64,000 nucleotides of DNA from Armatimonadota bacterium (GTDB lineage: Bacteria; Armatimonadota; Zipacnadia; UBA1398; JAKPQA01): assembly GCA_029547025.1 (NCBI GenBank), contig JAKPQA010000005.1, forward strand, positions 3,880-67,879, written 5' to 3'. Position 1 is the first letter of the stretch; each line of letters starts with the position of its first letter. The notes below the pieces were generated by a model that worked only from the letters and a program-made list of their open reading frames with translations, did no database searches and was not told where the DNA came from. This document shows positions 28,276 through 37,662 of the stretch, piece by piece. The translations under genes were made by a program, and so were the position numbers.

Positions 28276-30330
28276 CTATGAGCCCGAAGGTCGCCCGGCG
28301 GGCGCATTCGCCGGGAGCAGGCGGCCGAGGATGCGCAGCGCCTCTCCGACGCTCCACGCCTGCGAGATGCATCCTCGTGGCTCGTGCGGTGCTGCGCCAT
28401 CGTAGATCTCCGACAGGCTACCCACTCCCGCGTCGTAGACCTGCCGGAGCAGCGGATCGAGAAGCCCGAGAGCCGCCCGCTCGGCGCCGGGCTCGCCCGC
28501 GTGCGCATACAGCCACGCGTCCACGTACGGGCCGATCAGCCACGCCCACGCGGTGCCCTGATGATAGGCGCCATCGCGTGCCCATCGGTCACCGAGGTAG
28601 ATACCGCGGTAGCCCGGCTCACTGGGGGCGAGCGTCCGCAGGCCATGGGGCGTCAACAACCCGCGATCGATCCGGTCCAGCATCTGGCGTGTCCGTTCGG
28701 CATCGATCAGCTTGTACGGCAGACTCGCGGCCAACAGCTGGTTCGGCCGAAGAGTCTGATCGCGCACGCCATCCACGACGCGATCGGCGAGGTACCCGGC
28801 GGCCGCGTCGTGGAATGCCGGCACGAAGGAAGCCGCAGCGCGCTCCGCGTGCTCGGCCGCCTCCCGCGCCTGGGCCGGCATGGCGAGTCGGCCAGCCAGG
28901 TCGGCCGTGATGCGAAGGGCGTTGTACCAGAGCGCGTTGATCTCGACCGGCTTTCCATTCCGTGGGGTGACCACCCAGTCATCGACCTTGGCGTCCATCC
29001 ACGTCAGCTGTGTCCGCTCGTCGCCAGCGGCGAGCAGCCCGTCTGAGTCCACGCCGATGCCGTACCGCGTACCCCGCACATGGGCGCGGATGATCTCCAT
29101 GAGCACCGGAAGCAGCCGCCTGGCGGTGTCGAGGTCGCCCGTAGCTGCGACATAGCAGTGGAGAGCCACAAAGTACCACAGAGTCGCGTCCACCGTGTTG
29201 TAGTCGGGCGCCTCACCCGAGTCGGGGAACCGGTTGGGCAGCATGCCCTGATCCACGAACTCGGCATACGTGAGCAGGATCTGCCGGGCGTCCTCGGCAC
29301 GGCCCGTGGTCAGGGTCAGGCCGGGTAGGGCGATCATCGTGTCCCGGCCCCAGTCACCGAACCAGTGGTAGCCAGCGAGAATGGACCCGAGCCCGCTGCC
29401 CCGCCGGACGAGGAAGCTGTCTGCCGCCAGGATCAGCTCATCCACCTCGGCACGATGCCCGGCCATGGGGCACCGGCGCAGCACAGCGTGGCGGCGCGCC
29501 ATCTCGGCGTCGAACAGGGCCGGGGCCTCCTCGGCCCGGCGCGGCTCGGTTGAGAGGACCAGATACGCGGGTTCGCCCGATGCCAGTGGCAGCGCCAGCT
29601 CGCCCGGCCGGTACAGGTCTTCCTCGAACTCCAGGCCGCGCTGTCGCTCCTGTTCATACTGGAAGTTGTAGTACCATACCGGATCGTGGCAGTACGTTCC
29701 CTCGGTGGCTGAAACATAGATGCGGGGCCCCAGCTCGTAGGGCTGGTACCACGCACCGCCCGCATGAGGAGCCCATTCGCGTGACAGCCACGGGTCAAAT
29801 CGCTTCAGCCAGTGGTAGTCGCGGCAGGTGATCAGTGGGTGCACGAGAAGCTCGGCCCCTGCTGGCCCATCCCACATGTAGCGCACCAGGGTGGTGTTCT
29901 GTCCCTGCACCATGGCCACGGTCTTGAGCAGCGTGCCGCCCAGGACCCGATAGCTGAACGAAGGGACGCCGAGTTCCAGCCGCACGTCCTGGAGATACTC
30001 GTACCCATCCGGGTAGACCACCTTGGGGTACGCATTGCACCCGAGCTCCGCAACGCCTGCGGATGTCCGCACGGTCTCCTCGCACTTGGCGACCAGCACG
30101 GTGCGGGCCACGGGCGGCTGCAGTGCGGCCACCAGCATGCCGTGATAGCGCCGTGTGTTCAGGAAACACAAGGTGGATGAGGCATACCCACCGATACCGT
30201 TGGCGACCAGCCATTCGCGCCGGGTCAACTCGTGTAGGTCGGCGCAGACCTCAGAGGCGAAGCGCAGCAAGGCCGTCCACTCCCTTGGGGGCGAGTTGGG
30301 CCCCGGCCTCCGAACCACGCGCCAGGGCAA
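28276..30330 (-). CDS. glycogen debranching enzyme family protein (amylo-alpha-1,6-glucosidase-type, GDE_C)
   Basis: N-terminal WLVANGIGGYAS motif and a six-hairpin glucosidase-like C-terminal half. Confidence 0.7.
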   Translation of the reverse strand: MPWRVVRRPGPNSPPREWTALLRFASEVCADLHELTRREWLVANGIGGYASSTLCFLNTRRYHGMLVAALQPPVARTVLVAKCEETVRTSAGVAELGCNAYPKVVYPDGYEYLQDVRLELGVPSFSYRVLGGTLLKTVAMVQGQNTTLVRYMWDGPAGAELLVHPLITCRDYHWLKRFDPWLSREWAPHAGGAWYQPYELGPRIYVSATEGTYCHDPVWYYNFQYEQERQRGLEFEEDLYRPGELALPLASGEPAYLVLSTEPRRAEEAPALFDAEMARRHAVLRRCPMAGHRAEVDELILAADSFLVRRGSGLGSILAGYHWFGDWGRDTMIALPGLTLTTGRAEDARQILLTYAEFVDQGMLPNRFPDSGEAPDYNTVDATLWYFVALHCYVAATGDLDTARRLLPVLMEIIRAHVRGTRYGIGVDSDGLLAAGDERTQLTWMDAKVDDWVVTPRNGKPVEINALWYNALRITADLAGRLAMPAQAREAAEHAERAAASFVPAFHDAAAGYLADRVVDGVRDQTLRPNQLLAASLPYKLIDAERTRQMLDRIDRGLLTPHGLRTLAPSEPGYRGIYLGDRWARDGAYHQGTAWAWLIGPYVDAWLYAHAGEPGAERAALGLLDPLLRQVYDAGVGSLSEIYDGAAPHEPRGCISQAWSVGEALRILGRLLPANAPAGRPSGS

Positions 30331-30401
30331 CCCTGTACCCTAACGGCCGCAGCGCCTCGAACGCTCACCTGTCGCGCAAGCCGGCTGGACTGAGGCCGAG
30401 C

Positions 30402-31865
30402 CTAATACTCTTCGGCCCGGGGCCGCATGTGGGGAAACAGAATCACATCGCGGATGGACTCGGTGCCCGTCAGCAGCATGAACAGGCGATCCATGCCGAT
30501 CCCGAGCCCTCCCGTGGGCGGCATTCCGTGCTCCAGGGCGCGCAGGAAGTCCTCATCCATCGGCTGGGCCTCCTCATCGCCAGCCGCGCGCTGCCGCGCC
30601 TGGTCCTCGAATCGCGCGCGCTGATCCAGGGGGTCATTGAGCTCGGAGAAGGCATTGGCCGTCTCCTGGCCGGCGATGAAGAGCTCGAAGCGCTCCGTCA
30701 ACTCCGGTTGGTCTGGCTTGCGCTTGGCGAAGGGGGACACAGCCACGGGGAACTCGGTGACATAGGTGGGCTCGACGAGGTTCGGCTGCACGTAGATGTC
30801 GAACACCTTATTCAGCACCGTGGCCACCGTGACGGGTCCGTCGGGGTCAACCTCCTTGGCCCGGGCGACGGCCTTGGCGGCCGAGTCGTCGCTCAGGTCG
30901 GCCAGTGAGACGCCCGCGAACTCCCGGAGCACCTCATCCATGGTACGGACATGCCAGTCCGCACCCAGGTCGATCTCGTGGCCGGCAAACCGGGCCTTCA
31001 TCGCGCCCGACACCGCCACCGCAGCCGTGCGGATGATCTCCGTCGTCAGCTCCATGATCTGGTGATAGTCGGCATATGACTGGTAGAGCTCGAGCATGGT
31101 GAACTCGGGGCTGTGATCGCGGTCCATGCCCTCGTTGCGGAAGTTGCGATTGATCTCATACACACGATCGAAACCGCCCACAATCAGGCGTTTGAGATAG
31201 AGCTCGGGCGCGATCCGCAGGTACAGGTCGATATCGAGAGCATTGTGATGAGTGACGAACGGTCGAGCGGCCGCCCCGCCATGGATGGCCTGCATCATGG
31301 GCGTCTCGACCTCGACGAAGCCCCGTTCGTCGAGCAGGTGCCGGATGGCTGTGATCATTCGGGAACGTGCCACAAAGAGGTCGCGGACCTCGGGTTCCGC
31401 GATGAGGTGAAGGTAACGCCGACGGTGCTTCGCCTCGGCGTCACGCAAGCCGTGGAACTTCTCGGGCAGCGGCCGGAGCGACTTGCTCAGGATCCGCAGC
31501 TCGGAAACCGCGATCGAGACCTCGCCCCGTCGTGTGCGGAACACCTCGCCACTTACACCGATGAAGTCACCCAGGTCGACGAGGTCGAGGCGTCCGTATG
31601 CCTCGGGACCCAGACGGTCCTCCGTAACATGGAGCTGGATGCGGCCGGTGTGGTCGGCCAGGTCCAGGAAGGCCGCGCGGCCGTGCCCGCGGCGTGCCAC
31701 CAGCCTTCCGGCCAGGGTTACCGCCTTGCCTTCAAGCTCGTCAAAGCGGCGATGAACCTCGCTGGCCGTGTGGGTCCGATCGAACCGAGTGATCTGGAAC
31801 GGATCCATGCCCATGCGACGCAGTTCCTCGAGCTTGCGAACGCGCTGCGCCATGAGTTCGTCCAC
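30402..31865 (-). CDS. lysS: lysine--tRNA ligase (class II)
   Basis: Full-length LysRS with an anticodon-binding OB domain and class II motifs. Confidence 0.9.
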   Translation of the reverse strand: MDELMAQRVRKLEELRRMGMDPFQITRFDRTHTASEVHRRFDELEGKAVTLAGRLVARRGHGRAAFLDLADHTGRIQLHVTEDRLGPEAYGRLDLVDLGDFIGVSGEVFRTRRGEVSIAVSELRILSKSLRPLPEKFHGLRDAEAKHRRRYLHLIAEPEVRDLFVARSRMITAIRHLLDERGFVEVETPMMQAIHGGAAARPFVTHHNALDIDLYLRIAPELYLKRLIVGGFDRVYEINRNFRNEGMDRDHSPEFTMLELYQSYADYHQIMELTTEIIRTAAVAVSGAMKARFAGHEIDLGADWHVRTMDEVLREFAGVSLADLSDDSAAKAVARAKEVDPDGPVTVATVLNKVFDIYVQPNLVEPTYVTEFPVAVSPFAKRKPDQPELTERFELFIAGQETANAFSELNDPLDQRARFEDQARQRAAGDEEAQPMDEDFLRALEHGMPPTGGLGIGMDRLFMLLTGTESIRDVILFPHMRPRAEEY

Positions 31866-31894
31866 GTCTGTCCCCTCCTCCCGCGGCTACCGAT

Positions 31895-31943
31895 GGGAGA
31901 CACAGAGAACCCGGCGTCCTCGCTGTCGGGTCGAGGCGCCGGG
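31895..31943 (-). terminator. candidate intrinsic terminator downstream of greA
   Basis: GC-rich inverted repeat CCCGGCG...CGCCGGG (stem of ~12 bp with a ~9-nt loop), followed on the transcribed minus strand by UUCUCUGUGUCU. Confidence 0.35.
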
Positions 31944-31975
31944 TCCCCAATCCTGGCCGGAAGGCCGACGGTCCC

Positions 31976-32458
31976 CTACTTGCTGATCTTCGTGATCTTG
32001 TACTTGATGGTCCCGTCGGGCACTTTGACCTCGATGGTGTCGCGGACCTTCTTGCCCATCAGGGCGCTCCCAACCGGCGACTCGTAGGAGATCCGGTCCT
32101 CGGACGGATCGGCCTCGATGGGCCCCACGATGCGCAGGTCCCACGACTCGTCCAGGTCCAGATCTTTCACCCGCACATGGCTCCCAATCCCAACCACATC
32201 GGTAGGGATATCCTCATCGCGCAGGACCACCGAACGCCGCAATATGCTGCGGATCTCCTCGATGCGCCCCTCAATGATGGCCTGATCCATCTTCGCATTC
32301 TCGTACTCGGAGGTGTCGAAGTCCTCGGCCGAGCGCTTCGCCTCGCGCACCCGGGCCGTGGCTTCGGGCCGGTCGATGGTCGTCAGGCGCCGGAGCTCCG
32401 CCTGCAAGCGCTCAGACCCTTCCTTGGTGATCACGATCTCGTCGTTGTCCATGGTCAC
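31976..32458 (-). CDS. greA: transcription elongation factor GreA
   Basis: 160 aa with a GreA coiled-coil N-domain and the FKBP-like C-domain motif (SPVGSALMGKKVGD-like). Confidence 0.9.
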   Translation of the reverse strand: MTMDNDEIVITKEGSERLQAELRRLTTIDRPEATARVREAKRSAEDFDTSEYENAKMDQAIIEGRIEEIRSILRRSVVLRDEDIPTDVVGIGSHVRVKDLDLDESWDLRIVGPIEADPSEDRISYESPVGSALMGKKVRDTIEVKVPDGTIKYKITKISK

Positions 32459-32890
32459 CGCCGCATCTCAGAGCAACCAATGGTGCGCCGCTGGCCCCGA
32501 GGGACTGGGCCTTACGCCGTTCGGGCCGCCGCTCGGAACGGCAGATTCTAACGGCCGGACCCACCCACGTCAACGCGGCCATGCCGCGCGGCGCGGGTTT
32601 CCGCCACACCCCAACGGCTTCCTGCACCCGTATGTTCCGCGATCGCCGCCCAAACTCATTCCCCGGGATGCGGAAGCCCAAACGTGGTGGCGGAACAGGA
32701 GGCCCGAGGCTCCCGGCCCAGGCTACGACACACACCGCACTTTGGGGGCTGCGCCCAGGCTGCCCGGAGCCCCCGAAGGGGGCGGCCACCCGCGCACCGG
32801 GCCAACCTTCCCCAAGGGACTCTCCCTCGCCTGGCGGAACACTTGCTCGACTCAGCCACGTGGTGAAAACCCCACTAGGAGGCGCGAGAC

Positions 32891-34240
32891 ATGGCGATCG
32901 GACCGATGAGCCGCAGGCAGTTCCTCAAGACCACCGGCGCCGCTCTCGGCGGGGCTGCGGTGCCTCTCATCCTGCCCACGAGCCGGGCATTCGGCGCCAA
33001 CGATCGCGTTGTGATCGGCCTGATGGGCTGCGGCGGCCGCGGCGACTTCCTGGCCGAGTTCCTCGCGTCCCGGACCGACTGCCGGATCGCCTATGTCAGC
33101 GATGCCGACTCGCGCCGCATGGGCCCGGTGGCGGACAAGGTCGCCCGGATCTCCGGCACCGCCCCGAGGCAACTCCAGGACTTCCGCCACATCCTCGATA
33201 TCGGCCACGTGGATGCCCTCATCAGCGCCACGCCCGACCACTGGCACGCCCTCGCGACCATTTGGGCCTGCCAGGCGGGCAAGGATGTCTACGTCGAGAA
33301 GCCGGCCAGCCACAACATCTGGGAGGGCCGCAAGATGGTCGAGGCGGCCCGGAAGTACCGCCGCGTCGTCCAGGTGGGCGCCCAGAACCGCAGCGCTCCG
33401 GAAGTCATGGCCGGTGTCGAGTACCTGCGCTCCGGCAAGCTCGGCAGCGTGCACTTCGTCCGCGTGCTCAACATGAAGCAGCGCGATCCCATCGGCAAGA
33501 AGGCCGATGAGCCGGTCCCCTCCGGTGTCAACTACGACCTGTGGTGCGGCCCGGCCCCCATGAAGCCCTTCAACCCGAACCGGTTCCACTACTCCTGGCA
33601 CTGGTTCTGGGACTTCTCCGGCGGCGACATCATCAACGATGGCGTGCACCAGATTGACATCGCCCGATGGCTCATCGACAAGCCCTACCCGCGCGCGGTC
33701 TCATGCACCGGTGGGAAGTACGCCTACGACGACGACCAGGAGACCCCCGACACCCAGGTGGCCCACTGGGAGTACGACGACATGACGCTGAGCTTCAACC
33801 TGACGCTCTGGACGCCGTACATGCAGAAGACGGCCTGGGAGGTCCGCGATCTCGACCAGTTCCCCGACTGGCGGTTCTGCGCGACCCGCATCGAGGTCTA
33901 CGGCACCAAGGGCATGATGATGATGGGCCGACACGGCGAAGGCTGGCAGGTCTACGGGATCGATGGCAAGGTCGTCGACTCCCACTTCGGCCGGCACCCG
34001 CACGGGCCGCACCTCGAGAACTTCTTCGCCTGCATCCGCGATCGGAAGACTCCCAGCGGCGATATCGAGGAGCTTCATCGGAGCACATTCCTGTGCCAGA
34101 CGGCGAACATCGCCTACCGCGTCGGCGGCCGCCGGCTCGAGATCGACCCCGAGGGTGAGTGCTTCATCGGTGCCGACGACGCCAACGTGCTGGTCAAGCG
34201 CCGGGGCCGCGCACCCTACCAGGTGCCGGAGCGGGTGTGA
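32891..34240 (+). CDS. Tat-secreted Gfo/Idh/MocA-family NAD(P)-dependent oxidoreductase (GH109-like)
   Basis: Twin-arginine signal (SRRQFLKTTGAALGGAAV), a Rossmann GLMGCGGRG motif, and a Gfo/Idh/MocA C-terminal domain. Confidence 0.75.
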   Translation: MAIGPMSRRQFLKTTGAALGGAAVPLILPTSRAFGANDRVVIGLMGCGGRGDFLAEFLASRTDCRIAYVSDADSRRMGPVADKVARISGTAPRQLQDFRHILDIGHVDALISATPDHWHALATIWACQAGKDVYVEKPASHNIWEGRKMVEAARKYRRVVQVGAQNRSAPEVMAGVEYLRSGKLGSVHFVRVLNMKQRDPIGKKADEPVPSGVNYDLWCGPAPMKPFNPNRFHYSWHWFWDFSGGDIINDGVHQIDIARWLIDKPYPRAVSCTGGKYAYDDDQETPDTQVAHWEYDDMTLSFNLTLWTPYMQKTAWEVRDLDQFPDWRFCATRIEVYGTKGMMMMGRHGEGWQVYGIDGKVVDSHFGRHPHGPHLENFFACIRDRKTPSGDIEELHRSTFLCQTANIAYRVGGRRLEIDPEGECFIGADDANVLVKRRGRAPYQVPERV

Positions 34241-34390
34241 GACACCCCGAATGCGAGCGGCCTGCTATACAGAAGTATTTCAATAGAAAGGACGATACTT
34301 TCCCCTGTCTGTCGAACAGGTACTCTAACATTCGCCACTCGGATAGGCTGCGGGCACTGCCGGGGCCAATGCGTCCGGGGGGAATGCGGT

Positions 34391-34921
34391 ATGCGGTTCC
34401 TCGCTGCGGGATCGTCGGTCCTGATACTCCTTGTGGCCTGCGCTGCCGTCGCTCAGGACATTACGCCGCCGGTCGTTACGGAGGTCGAAGCCAAGGTACT
34501 TGCCCCCACGACCGGGAACTACGAGCCAAGTCAGGCCATCACCGCGACCACGCAGCACGGAATGAAGTACAACTCCACGGCCCACGGCTTTCCGCCCTAC
34601 GCCTACGAGATCCACTGGCGTCAGTACCCCTCGTGGGCCTCGAAAAGTGCTCGCTACGGCACCGTGACTGCGAACGACTTCCACGGTAGCGATGGCACAG
34701 ACTGGAACCACATCACGCCCAATCCAACCTATCCGTGGCAGGTGCCCGGGAGAACGGGCATCACCCACGTCTTCACAGCAGAGACTTACGCCCGTGCGGC
34801 GTGCCGGACCAAGCCTCCGGGGGTACCGGGCGGCTGGGTCTCGCGAAGGTCGCGCGGAACGCCCGCCTGGTCTTTCGGAGGGGCCGCACAGGGGTGCGCC
34901 CAGAGGGCGCGGGGCCCCTGA
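34391..34921 (+). CDS. small secreted hypothetical protein with atypical (lower GC3) codon usage; its 3' end runs into repeat copy 2
   Basis: Signal peptide MRFLAAGSSVLILLVACAAVAQD. Codon third positions are visibly less GC-biased than in neighbouring genes. It is preceded by a ~150-bp AT-richer leader. The last ~30 codons lie inside the repeat, so the native C-terminus is unclear. Confidence 0.35.
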   Translation: MRFLAAGSSVLILLVACAAVAQDITPPVVTEVEAKVLAPTTGNYEPSQAITATTQHGMKYNSTAHGFPPYAYEIHWRQYPSWASKSARYGTVTANDFHGSDGTDWNHITPNPTYPWQVPGRTGITHVFTAETYARAACRTKPPGVPGGWVSRRSRGTPAWSFGGAAQGCAQRARGP

Positions 34922-35058
34922 CCGGCCCGAGGTTGAGGCGTGCGGATCGGGCGCGTTGGGGGCCCACCACACTGGGAGACGCGTGGTTCCCCCCATGGCG
35001 CCCCTCCGCAACCAGGCGGATGGGCCACGGGAGCCCCAAGTTACCGCCAATGCCCCGG
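34826..35058. repeat. ~230-bp GC-rich noncoding repeat element, copy 2
   Basis: See copy 1. This copy lies between the convergent 3' ends of the small secreted gene and a GH5-like gene, and is followed by a G10 homopolymer tract. Confidence 0.6.
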
Positions 35059-35143
35059 GGGGGGGGACGCGCAAGGCCCGCACACCGCACTGCCCCGTCT
35101 TGTGGACGGGCCGGCCCGGGTACCCTCGCGCCGGCCTTCCCCT

Positions 35144-36304
35144 CTACCCGCCCGTGATCTCCCGCACCTGGTCGAAGAACGCCCGGTTCCGGCCCGGGCT
35201 AATGCCCCACTTCACGGGTGGCGATTGGTATCCGCTGGTGTAGTCGGCCGCCCCCTGGTCATAGTAGCCCCACGAGGCGTACTCGCCGATGGCCGCCGTC
35301 ATGTGGTTCGCCGGCTGGCCGAAGTCGTAGTGGTCGTCCTCGTTGAACACGATCGGCATCGGCCGGTAACCGGGCACCCGGCGCGTGGCTCTCACCATCT
35401 CGGCGATGCCCGCCGGGTCCCCCACCCCGTTGCCATGCAGCAGAACGAAGTCGGCCGCGCGGACCACGTTCTCCCCCGGGATCGTCCCCCCGCCGTAGCT
35501 GGTGCTCACCAGCAGCCGCCGCCCGTCGCGCTCCCGCGACTTCACCCGCTCAATCAGCTCGTGCACGCGGGCTGGCTGCAGGATCGCGTGGTCATACCGC
35601 ACATTGCACTCGTTGTTGACTTCGATCAGCACATGGCGGTAGCCCCGGCCCAGCACCCAGTCGACCGCGCCATCGAGCCCGCGCACCACGGCCGCCTCGT
35701 CCGCCAGCCGCTGGTCCTGCCCGAAGTAGAAGATGCCCACGATAGCCACCATGCCCAGCTCATCGGCCCGGTCGAGAATGGCCTCGAGCCGCACCATGTA
35801 CTCGGGCCGCGGATCGCCGCTCTCCGTCAGCGCCGAGTTGTGCCACGGCTGGTCCCGCGCCCCCGCTCGGGGCAGCCCGCCCTGGAGGTTGATGGTGAAC
35901 GCCAGCAAGCCGTGCCGGCGCCACTCGGGCATGGCCGCGATGAACTCCCGCGTGTTGCGCTCCGCGTCGTAGACACCCGTATCCGGATATGCGAACAGGC
36001 CTCGCGTGTCGGGGTTCAGGTCATCGAAGATGCCCTGAACCATCCGCGAGTTCAGCAGAAGCCCCTCGATGCGGTGCCCTTGCCACGTGCGCCCCTCATA
36101 CGTGGGCCGGCCGTTGATATAGAAGGCGTCGCCGCGGATCGAGACCTCGGTGTGGCGTGAGGCGCCTGGCTCCCGATGGCGGCCCGTCTCGGCCGGCTGG
36201 GCCACCGCCAGGGCCACAAGAGCGATCGTCGCAACCAAGGCCAACACCCCCCTGGATCCATCACTCGGACATCCCGCCGCGCCTAGGGGCTGTAGTAGTT
36301 CCAC
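35144..36304 (-). CDS. secreted glycoside-hydrolase-like TIM-barrel protein (GH5-like/cellulase-fold)
   Basis: Signal peptide, an EVNNEC (NEP-like) motif and a later NEDD motif. It is a paralogue of the protein at 37663..38733. Confidence 0.45.
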   Translation of the reverse strand: MELLQPLGAAGCPSDGSRGVLALVATIALVALAVAQPAETGRHREPGASRHTEVSIRGDAFYINGRPTYEGRTWQGHRIEGLLLNSRMVQGIFDDLNPDTRGLFAYPDTGVYDAERNTREFIAAMPEWRRHGLLAFTINLQGGLPRAGARDQPWHNSALTESGDPRPEYMVRLEAILDRADELGMVAIVGIFYFGQDQRLADEAAVVRGLDGAVDWVLGRGYRHVLIEVNNECNVRYDHAILQPARVHELIERVKSRERDGRRLLVSTSYGGGTIPGENVVRAADFVLLHGNGVGDPAGIAEMVRATRRVPGYRPMPIVFNEDDHYDFGQPANHMTAAIGEYASWGYYDQGAADYTSGYQSPPVKWGISPGRNRAFFDQVREITGG

Positions 36305-37641
36305 GTCATCTTGCTGCGGCGGTACCGCGGCTCATCCCACAACCGCGAGTGCCCGGGCTCAGGGTCGGGCTCCGGGTTGGCGTAGATCCGCAGCTGCGAA
36401 CCACTCCAGACCACCATCTCCTCCCGCCAGTCACCCAGCACGTCGGCCACATAGAGCCGGTCCGCCCGCTCGCCCTCCGACCACCACAGGAACTGGCCCG
36501 AGATCGGGTCGAACAGGCAGATCTCACCAGACTCGTGACGCTCCTTGGCGCAGGCCAGCTGGCGCTCACCCGACCACGTGATGGTGTGAATGACCTCAAC
36601 GCCCTTCTCCGTCCAGCCCTCTGGCGCCACATCATCCATGGCATACTGCCGAATCAGAGTCCCGTCCGAGTCGAACACGAACGGTCGCTGGTGGGTGTCA
36701 TACCGACTCCGGCACCACACCTGGGCCCCCGGCCGCTCCCCATCGAAACGTCCGATCGCCGCATTCTGCGGCTCCTGGTGGTCGCAGTGCGCCTCCCAGA
36801 TAACACGGTCCCGCGAAAGCAGGAACACGCGATTGCCGTCCTCGCCGCCCTCCTCGAGCAGCACCACCTCCAGGCCAGGCAGATCCGGCCGAACGTCATC
36901 GACGAACACCGAGTCCACATGGCCGCGGATCGGCGGGTGGCACAGCATCGCCCCATCCGGCCCCACAATGGCCGCCGAGAGCACCTCGTCCCGGCCGTCA
37001 CCATCCAGGTCCGCCACACGGGCGCCATTGTGGGCGCAGGCGGGGAAGTCATCGAGGGTCCACAGAGGCGCCTCGCCCTCCCGGAGCCCCTCCGCCGAGT
37101 AGGCGGCCAGATACCGTCCCATGCGGTAACCGTCCTGGTTGGTGGCCTGCAGCAGGATATCCCGATCGCCCACGCCCCGTAGGCAGCACACGATGGCGTG
37201 CTCCCAGCGCTCAGCGCCATTGGGGACCGGCGGCCGCGCCGTCCACCGGTCCTCCCCCGTCGCTCCCGAGCACACGTGGAGCACGCCGTCACGCGTGAGA
37301 AACACCACTTCGGCCGACCCGTCGCCGTCGATATCGCCGGCCTGGACACCCGGACCATGGTGGCCGGGGAGTCCCTCCGCCTCGGAACTGCCCCCCACCA
37401 CGATGTCCGCCTCACGAACCCACAGCATCGTGCCGTCCACGCGGACCGCCGCCAGGGCGCCCGGCCGTGTCACGACCAGGTCCATCGCCCCGTCCGCATC
37501 CACATCCGCAGCCACAAGGCCACCCTGCGACTCCTCACTGGCCGAGAACGGCAGCGAGATGGTCGTCACCGCCGGCGCGGCGACGGTGAGCTCCCCCGCC
37601 GCCGAGGCCAGCGCCATGGCCATCGCAATGGTGCCTATCAT
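36283..37641 (-). CDS. secreted FG-GAP/beta-propeller repeat protein (possibly polysaccharide-lyase PL11-like)
   Basis: Repeated DxDGDG calcium-binding-like motifs (DVDADGAMD, DIDGDGSAE, DLDGDGRDE) typical of FG-GAP propellers. Confidence 0.45.
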   Translation of the reverse strand: MIGTIAMAMALASAAGELTVAAPAVTTISLPFSASEESQGGLVAADVDADGAMDLVVTRPGALAAVRVDGTMLWVREADIVVGGSSEAEGLPGHHGPGVQAGDIDGDGSAEVVFLTRDGVLHVCSGATGEDRWTARPPVPNGAERWEHAIVCCLRGVGDRDILLQATNQDGYRMGRYLAAYSAEGLREGEAPLWTLDDFPACAHNGARVADLDGDGRDEVLSAAIVGPDGAMLCHPPIRGHVDSVFVDDVRPDLPGLEVVLLEEGGEDGNRVFLLSRDRVIWEAHCDHQEPQNAAIGRFDGERPGAQVWCRSRYDTHQRPFVFDSDGTLIRQYAMDDVAPEGWTEKGVEVIHTITWSGERQLACAKERHESGEICLFDPISGQFLWWSEGERADRLYVADVLGDWREEMVVWSGSQLRIYANPEPDPEPGHSRLWDEPRYRRSKMTWNYYSP

Positions 37642-37662
37642 GTCGATCCTCCGTCTCCTGTC

